Source: Eledone cirrhosa
Taxonomy: Eukaryota
NCBI GenBank assembly: GCA_964016885.1
Contig: OZ024745.1
Span: 91,140,001 to 91,204,000, forward strand
DNA length: 64,000 nucleotides
Reading direction: 5' to 3'
Each line of letters starts with the position of its first letter. Position 1 is the first letter of the stretch. Positions 55,131-64,000 of this stretch are shown one piece after another. Below the pieces are notes generated by a model. The model ran no database searches, was not told where the DNA came from, and worked only from the letters and a program-made list of their open reading frames with translations. The position numbers and the translations under genes were made by a program.

Positions 55131-56416
55131 CTGCCAAATAATGATCATAAAATTATAATGGTGATGATAACAGTAACAATGATAAATGGCTACAGTTTTC
55201 AGTATAAACAATACATTTCTAACCAACAATTTCAAATGAAAAATTAAACAATTTGACATTAATTAAACCATTCTTCAATTATTTGAGAGAAGAAACTTCA
55301 TTACCTAATTACAGCCAAATTGAGAGTAAGCTCATTCATTAAAATATAAATGGTAGAAAGTAAAATGATATGAATTTAATAATCATTGGTGTATGTATTT
55401 TTGAATTCCAAATGTTTGGTTACAAATGCATTATATTTATTAAAAGTATTGGCTGTTTATAATTCAATATATATTTTGATGTTAATTTAAGTCTGTACAT
55501 TATATCAAGATATGGTATCTTGCTGTGTGATATCAGCAGCATTGTTTAACATCTGCTTTCCATGCTAACAAAAGTTGAATGGTTTGTCAGTAGATCTGGT
55601 TGATATTTAAAGTGGAGGTACTGATGTACCATTTTGTTACCACCAAAGTAAGTTCAAGACACAGGTTTCAAAAAATTCCACAGAAACCACCATATCTCTA
55701 TCTGTCTCATATGTACTTGCAGAGTAGTCAACTATTAACCTTCTTACACACTGCTGTTAACAAGCAACATACATATGTACACTGACAAGTAAAATGACGC
55801 TGCTGAGCTGTCAACATTGTCACAAGGAACAGTGGCAGCAAATATAGAGACACAGCTGTTGTTAGGGAACTACCATCTATCACATGTGGTTTACCAATTG
55901 GTGGTGCTGCATTGACCATCCTCCTATGTGGATCAGCAAACAAGAAAATTAGTTCTCACTGATCTGAAGCTACATGCAGCCTCTACTGATTCCCATTTGG
56001 AAACCATATGTTTCGACACAAGCACATTTTTATGCCTATGAAACTGTAAATACGCTCCCATTCACATACACATATAAATGTATATGAGCTTATATTCAGG
56101 GTTCCTCAATTCTTTGAGGACATATTTTGATAGCTCTAACTTATCCTCAAGAAATCAATATAAGATATGGAGAGAATGCAAGTCCCAAATAAAAACAAGT
56201 CATCATGGTCAATAAGCTATAGATATTGAAAAGTTGTTTTTCCACAAAGACACACATGTAAAGCAGTTCATTAGTTGGGCAAAATAAAGTGAGTTTTTTA
56301 AGCATCAGGCGATTTGTTATAATAACCCAACGTAAGGCAAAGTTATGACATAGCTTATTATTCTCTGTATTTGTTCCATAGGCAATTAATACATTGAGCT
56401 TTCTCACACTTTCTCA

Positions 56417-56818
<402 letters not shown>

Positions 56819-56819
56819 A

Positions 56820-56952
56820 CAAAGAGGGTGTGGTAAGATACCAGGTGGAGCATAATGCACCAGAGTACTCAATACTTAGGGTAGTAGTCGGATCTAGCTG
56901 TCGGGGTTCTGATTCTTTTCCTATATATATATGATATATATATATATATATA

Positions 56953-56994
<42 letters not shown>

Positions 56995-57220
56995 TAAAAT
57001 AACAGATTAAAGTTTAAGCAAAGAATCGCTGCTTTCACCCTTAACGGGATCTTCTGAGGTTAGTTTCAGAAGATCCCATTAAGGGTGAAAGCAGCGATTC
57101 TTTGTTTAAACTTTAATCTGTTATTTTAATAAATATTTGCTCTACGGTTCTTATATATTTGATATATATTTATCCTTATCGAGCCCTCTTTGGATTTTAG
57201 TCTTAAAATTTATTATTATT

Positions 57221-57271
<51 letters not shown>

Positions 57272-57545
57272 CCGTCGAAACGGCTTCAGCTCTGCCGTCG
57301 GGGTCATACTTTTTCCTATATATATATATATATATATATATATGCATGCACATATGTGTAATATATATATATTTTAATATAGAAATGGCTTTTTACAGGA
57401 CTGGAACTGTTTCATTCAAAGGAAATCATCCTTCAATTGAAACAGTTCTAGTCCTGTAGAAACCATTTGTATATAAAAAAATGTATACTGTGTTATGTAT
57501 TGAGTAACTTACTTACTGTGGTTACACCAGATTGAAATTGGGGTA

Positions 57546-57548
<3 letters not shown>
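56820..57548. mobile_element. Cluster of four short HHR-like/fold-back element fragments separated by (TA)n
   Basis: Family C pieces 56820-56922 and 57271-57316, family E palindrome 56987-57136, family D 57372-57548. Confidence 0.65.
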
Positions 57549-57579
<31 letters not shown>

Positions 57580-57999
57580 TGTATATATGTGTGTATATAT
57601 ATATATATATGCATGTACATATGTGTGTATATATATATATATATGCATGTACATGTACATATGCGTATATCATCATTGTTTAATGTCCATCTTCCACGCT
57701 AGCATGGGTTGGACGGTTTTGTCCTGCTTGAGGCAAGATTGGTTGGGAGGCCACGTCTTACTCATATAGAACTGTTTCTGGCACGTTTTCTACAGCTGGA
57801 GGCCCTTCCTGACACCAACCACATTTACAGTGTCTCCTACATGACCACTTTACTGTGGACGGAAATGGGAGGACGTAGTAGGGTGTGTGGGGTGGAGTAT
57901 ATATTGGGTTAAGAGATGCCTACTGACTGTAGGTTTAAGTTTGTATGCAAGGGAAGGTGGGTCTTCTATATAACTGCATAGCACCAAAGATCTCAATCC

Positions 58000-58310
58000 A
58001 GTGACATTGTCTTAGAGGGGTGTAAGTGAGCAAAGTTAGCTTTTATCACCTCGTCCCAGGTTTTTCTTGGTCTACCCACTCGGTAGCTTCCATCAATTTT
58101 GATTGCTCTGCACTTTATTATACAGCAGTTGTCCTTCATACGCACCACATGTCCATACCAATCCATTCACCTCTCCTGTACACAAAATTTGATACCTCTT
58201 ATGCTTAGTCTCTCTCTCTCTCAATTCGTTTATGCTTTGCCGCTCGCGTACATTACTATTACACATCCATCGGAGCACGCAAGGTCTGTTTCTTTCTAAT
58301 CTATGCAAGT
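58000..58310 (-). mobile_element. Decayed RTE LINE 3' fragment
   Basis: DLHRLERN..VLRWMC; homologous to 30433-30878. Confidence 0.7.
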
Positions 58311-59444
58311 CTTTTGCACACACACATATATATATATACATGCATGTGTATATGTATATATATATATATATAATGTACATATGTGTATATTGTTCTGTGT
58401 GTATGTATAATATATATATATATATAATACACACACACACCCTCATGTATATGATATATAGCTGTTTTTTTTATCTATCTAGCAATTGACGATTTTTTTG
58501 TTCTCCACCAGTTATTCAACAAGTGCTATTTTTGTTTGACACAGTTGTATTGCTCCACTACTGCAGTAATATATTTTCCTTCTCTTTTTAGTTTTCCTTT
58601 TTAATGTTTTTGCCCCAAACTGTCTTACTCTTTTTTTTTTTATTATTTTTCATTTGATCATTTTTCCATTTTACTATTTGTCTTTATTCTAATTAGTGTT
58701 CAAAGTCAAAATCCAAATTTGTTCTTAAATGAATACATTAAAACTGATTTGTATCCTTTTTTATTTTTGTTTTGGTTCCTGTTTTTGTCCTTTCTTTTTC
58801 ATTCTTGTTCCTGTTGCTGCTGCTGAACATATACTTTTTCTCTTGTTTAAATGTTTTTTTTTTCTTGCATCTTTCTAATGCTTTTGTTCTTTGTCCATTA
58901 TTCTTTATCTTTTCAATATACATTTATCTTTTGTGATTTCATTTTTGTTTTTTGGCTGCCTTTTCTGTGTTTCTTCAGAGAAACGCTAAATCAATATCTT
59001 AGTGAAAGTTAATTACAAGCTAATGTCAAAGACAGAGAAAGAAACTGTTTGAAATATAAAGGAATATGGTAAAACACTATAAGCAGCTGCTTTGGACCCA
59101 TTCTTGATCAATAAATACAAAGCTTAAAGAAAAGAGTTTCAACGAATCTTTCTTTTTGATTTGAAGTTTTGTTATATTTTTCTTTTCTGTTGCTTGTTTT
59201 GTTCAGTTGTTTTTCAACGTGTGCATGGGTTTAATGATTCTGCAAATTTAGACTACTGAATAATTTATTAAAGCATATAATTCCCATATGGATACCCCTG
59301 GTTAAAGCTAGTCTTGTAACTATCATGAAATACATTTTTATATTCCAGCTAGGTTTTAAATAAATTCAGTAGGAGTAATTGATTAAGGATATATATACAA
59401 GCCAAATAATTGATGTGGCTTATATCAAAAGTTCATTAGTTAAA

Positions 59445-60007
59445 CCAGCAGAAAACCACCCTTTGCTGCTAGCATGTGTAGTGTGCATATTGATATTATA
59501 CACAAATATACATGTATGTAGATATGATATGTCAAATAAAATCATAATTGACAATATGCAGAGAAATTGAAGAGAGACTGTGTTACACTCTCTTCTGTAA
59601 TCAGTAAAGTAATCCATGATACATTAAAAAAAATGATATTATATATAAACTGCATTACAGCAAAATGTTATGAAAATGCAAAAGGAGAAAATCAGTGATG
59701 GAAATATAAACGCTAAGATGCAAATATATGAACGTTTATATAAGCGATGTGATATAGCATATGGCTATGTGTTATCTTATAATGGATGCTAACCGGAAGT
59801 GTAGACATTTGAAAATTTTGAAGAAGTGAATCTTAAGATAAGCTAATATATAAGAATATTTATGTTTAATCAAGAGCTACAAAATTTAGGAGATAAATTA
59901 CATATTTATTCATGATATATTCAGAGTAATCCAACTTATTTTAATAACGTATTCAGAAAAAATATCCCTGACACAGTCCCACAGTCCTCCAATCATTATA
60001 TATTAGA
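59445..60007 (-). mobile_element. Non-autonomous Helitron H2
   Basis: Reverse-complement homologue of 9213-9699; 5' TCTAATATATAATGATTGGAGGAC. Confidence 0.7.
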
Positions 60008-60100
60008 TTACTTAATTTTCATGATTCCTAATAATTAGCATATCAAATTAGATGAGAGGAAAATGTTTATGAACACAAGAACAAGAGCTGCTTTTAGATA

Positions 60101-60440
60101 TAGTTGAAATAGGCAATCTGAAATATAGGTGTAGTTGAAATAGGCAATCTGAAATATAGGTGTAGTTGAAATAGGCAATCTGAAATATAGGTATAGTTGA
60201 AATAGGCAGTCTGAATTATAGGTGTAGTTGAAATAGGCAGTCTGAAATATAGGTATAGTTGAAATAGGCAGGCTGAAATATAGGTGTAGTTGAAATAGGC
60301 AGGCTGAAATATAGGTGTAGTTGAAATAGGCAGGCTGAAATATAGGTGTAGTTGAAATAGGCAGGCTGAAATATATAGTTGAAATAGGCCGGCTGAAATA
60401 TATAGTTGAAATAGGCAGGCTGAAATATATAGTTGAAATA
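60101..60440. repeat. 31-bp minisatellite, about 11 copies (last ones 27 bp)
   Basis: TAGTTGAAATAGGCAGGCTGAAATATAGGTG. Confidence 0.95.
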
Positions 60441-60602
60441 TATATAGCATCAATTCTTTTTTGTTCACATATTCCTCAGCTTATATTTGGGTATATTAGG
60501 TAACTACCTGACAGTCTAGTCTGAGTAGCTGTAAATAGGTACAAAATAACAACTTGCCATTATAGTAACATGTTCCATTCATTTGTAGTGCTGGGTAAAG
60601 CC

Positions 60603-61115
60603 TTCTTCTTTTTCCCTCACTTATTCCTGAGAGGATTGTGAAGACAGAGTCCTCAAACAGTCACTCCAGCAGGTCTTGTCAGAAGCAACTGTCTCTAACT
60701 GATCTGGCTGGATCCCCACACTTGACCAGCCAAACTCATGAATGATATCCAACCATCTTGCTCGGTGTTTACCCCTGGGTCTCCTACCGGTTGGTTTTGC
60801 CCACAAAATTTGTCCAGCAATTCTTTTCTGAGACATTCTAACCACATGTCCATAGTATCGGAGCTGTGATCTCTCAATTCGGAGAAGTAGTGGCTCTGCC
60901 TGGAGTGACTCTTTGATCTCCAAGCTATGCTCTTTATCAAGTAACGTTACTCCAAAGACGTTACTCGGAAGAATCTGCTTTCGGTCACTTGTATTCGCGA
61001 TTGTATTCTTTCTGTCATGACCACATGTAAGAGTTGGCACAAAAACTGAATTGAAGACAGGAAGTTTGGTTTTTACACCTACCTCTCTTCTTCTGATTAC
61101 TGAATGCTGAAGCTT
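60603..61115 (-). mobile_element. RTE-clade LINE 3' fragment
   Basis: LLLRIERSQLRYYGHVVRM..GRRPRGKHRARWLD; (AAG)n tail. Confidence 0.85.
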
Positions 61116-62771
61116 GGTAAAATCCTAAGAACAAATAAACTCTGCAAAGTTGATATGCTTTAGGCAAACTATATATATATATGATTTTTTGATTTTAATT
61201 TATTAATTCTTCATTGAGCTTAAAAGTGAACAGTTGCAACACATATATATCTTTAATTTAATTTTATGTATATGATAACCTTTATATATATATATATATA
61301 GTTTTCTGTGGTGTCCCTAAATGCTAATGGTTATGGGACTCATATATCAAACTTTGTTACTGGAGGTTTCACTGGCTTTGTGAGAAAAATTAATAGAATT
61401 TTAAGAATCATGTATCATATATATACTTCTTTGTTTCTGTAGTTACAAATATTTATTAATGTATTGGTGGGGTTTATTTTTTATGTGGTAAATACCTTTC
61501 TTTAAAATGTCATGATTGGGTTAAAATGTGACTATAGAACATTGTTCAAAAGATTGGCAGAATAGTATCTTATATTGCCTCAATACTCTACAGAATTGAG
61601 ATGTTTATTGTAAAGGCTATTGATTACATAATTATTTTAGTGGTGATATATTGATGAGGATAATGTAATCAGTTATGTTGTTGTCAATGGCAGCAATTGT
61701 TACCCTAATCGTGGTTGGATTGTGACAATCAGATAATTCTGCTAATGGCAATGGTTTTTAATGCTGTTTTCAGCAGAAAAACTATAATTAGGTTTGATAT
61801 AGTAATATTTGCTTTATAACCATATTAATAAGATAATTTGTCATGTTTCTCAGGGATTAAATATATGTTGACTGGAATAAATAAATATATAATTCTAATA
61901 GCTGTATCTAATATTTTAAAAATTGTGACTACCACTTCTGAATACTTCTCCTTCTTGTAGTATAGTTATACTGTTTGAATCCAATTAGAAATGTTTAATG
62001 GTATATTAAACTGTTACTGAAACAACAGTAGAATAGATAAGTGTCATCTAATGGTATTCAATAAATATTGTCTTTTAATACATTAATTTGTCAGTCAATT
62101 ACTCTAATGGATATGAAGGTGGGAGGAGTTTTGGTGAAGTCTTTGATGGATTTATTCTGGATGTACATCTATTTGTATGCATCTACAACAGAAAGAAGCT
62201 GTGACTAGAGCAGAATACATCAGATTTCACAATGATTAAAGCATTAAAGTGAGATTAATGTGGTTCTTTGATAAATGTTACTTATGTGGTGTAAATATAT
62301 GAGAAGTCACGAAAGATTGAGAAAAGATATGAACAGAAATGAAAATTTGAAAAAGAAACATTTCTCATTAAGTTTTCAATTCCAAAATTAATAATTTAAT
62401 AATCTTATTACTAATCGATGAGTAGGGAGTAAAATTCTGTTGAACATCATCATCATCATCATCATCATTATTTTTACATGTTTTTTTTTCTATGCCTCCA
62501 TGGAAGCCATGTTTTTTTCTACATCTGGAAGCCAATCCTGACACCCATCCACACTTTATTGTAAGTGTGGTATATACACTGCTAACATTCATCAAACTGC
62601 TATGCTATAGAATATGTTCTTTATGGAGGACAATGTAACCACTGAAATCTTTTTATAAACCGTGTTATGACATTTTACAATGACTGGTATACACATACCT
62701 TCACCCCCTTCCACACATATATACATTACACAGACACACACACAATCAAACTCTCACCCCCTTCTGCACAC

Positions 62772-62812
<41 letters not shown>

Positions 62813-63119
62813 ACACACACACAACAGGTCTCTTACAATTTCTATCTACCAAATACACTGACAAACCATTGATAAACCTGGAACTATAGTAGAAAACATT
62901 TGTACAAGATACTAAGTAATATGACTGAAGCCAAAACCACATGGTTTAAAGCAATTTCTTAATTTCATAGCCATACTTGAACATGACTTAAGAAATTTTA
63001 GTTTCAACATGTTTTTACGATTAATATGATATATCAATATGGTATTTCGATGTGGCTACTGTTCTATACTTTTGTTTTATTATATATTATTATATGCTTT
63101 GTACCATAGAGTTATAGTC

Positions 63120-63235
63120 ATTTACATTCTGAGTTCAAATCCCGCTGAGGCTAACTTTGCCTTTCATTCTTACGGGATTGATAAAATAAAGCACCAGTAA
63201 TGCACTGCGATAATTGCTGGCCTTCCTTGTGCAAC
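63120..63235 (+). mobile_element. SINE family B, partial
   Basis: B box and central block present. Confidence 0.75.
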
Positions 63236-63599
63236 ACCGAAATAATACTACTTTCCCAAATTTTCCATTCCTTCTTTTCTATTGTGTATATAAAAAGGAT
63301 TATTTGAGGATGATAGTGATTTCTATTCTAAGCTCAATACCACATGTTAAAAGAATACAATCAATTATATCAACTGATGTTTTGTTTCATTGATCCCAAT
63401 AGAGTGAATGGCAAAGTCAAGCCCAGTGGCTTGACTTTGCCATTCAGAACATACTAGGATGATAAAGTCTGAGTTGTTTATGGTTCTAATCTTGCGTTCA
63501 ATGAAGGCTAACTTAGAAAGATTTCTCCATAAAACCAATGAAATAAGTTAGAGTAATGTATGAGAACATTGGTTTGAAATAAAAATAATTTTGCATTCC

Positions 63600-63795
63600 A
63601 GTTGAAAAATGTAAGAGATAAGAATGGAAGGGACCTATGATAAAGGTAGGCAAAGGGGATGCCTTGACAAAAAGGATGATAGAAGAGCCGAGCCTGCTGG
63701 GTTTCATAAAGACACTGTTGAACCAAGATGAGTTATGCTCTGTTTCAAACCTGTTCAGCCCATACCAGCATGGTGATAGTAGATATTAAATCAAT
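63600..63795 (+). mobile_element. Highly decayed RTE 3' end
   Basis: ggaagggacc..aggtaggcaaagg and cccataccagcatgg tail motif. Confidence 0.45.
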
Positions 63796-64000
63796 GACAA
63801 GAATAAGGATAATGAGATTGCTGCAGCTGCTGTTGCTGATGATGATAATAAGGATGATGAGGTAGCAGTGGATGAATGTTATATTGAGGTTTTAGTAAAG
63901 TCCAAAGTATTTAATGAGTTATCTCTAACTTGAGCTCTGGCCAATGCTTTATGATAGCAGATGACAGCAGCAATAATTTAAAACCCTAAGATCAAATGAT

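Noticed and set aside
58979-59068. Possible exon between ttcttcag and gtaaaa
   Set aside because: Stops in all frames; at best non-coding and unsupported.

Overview
Very AT-rich eukaryotic non-coding DNA. The repeat landscape (huge TA/CA microsatellites, tRNA-derived SINEs with RTE tails, RTE/R4/CR1/CRE/Vingi LINE debris, Helitrons, TTAA MITEs) suggests a mollusc, most likely an octopus; this is inference from the repeats only. I found no supportable host protein-coding gene. Almost every ORF in the track is a microsatellite translation or a transposon remnant. The most interesting signal is a set of short non-coding elements that sit in (TA)n tracts, carry type I hammerhead-ribozyme (HHR) architecture (stem I - CUGAUGA - stem II - GAAA - stem III - UH - stem I'), often fold back as head-to-head inverted dimers at or near the ribozyme core, and often share a TATTGAGTA(A/C)C motif. 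One copy (20398-20459, minus strand) has a fully canonical core, and a larger GC-rich HHR can be reconstructed from four decayed loci. This looks like a Penelope-like or retrozyme-like non-autonomous retroelement system. Also notable: a 36-bp minisatellite with higher-order structure and a stop-free minus-strand frame, a nested transposon stack at 42-48 kb, and several palindromes. All coordinates and pairings were read by eye; element ends are approximate unless termini or TSDs are quoted.
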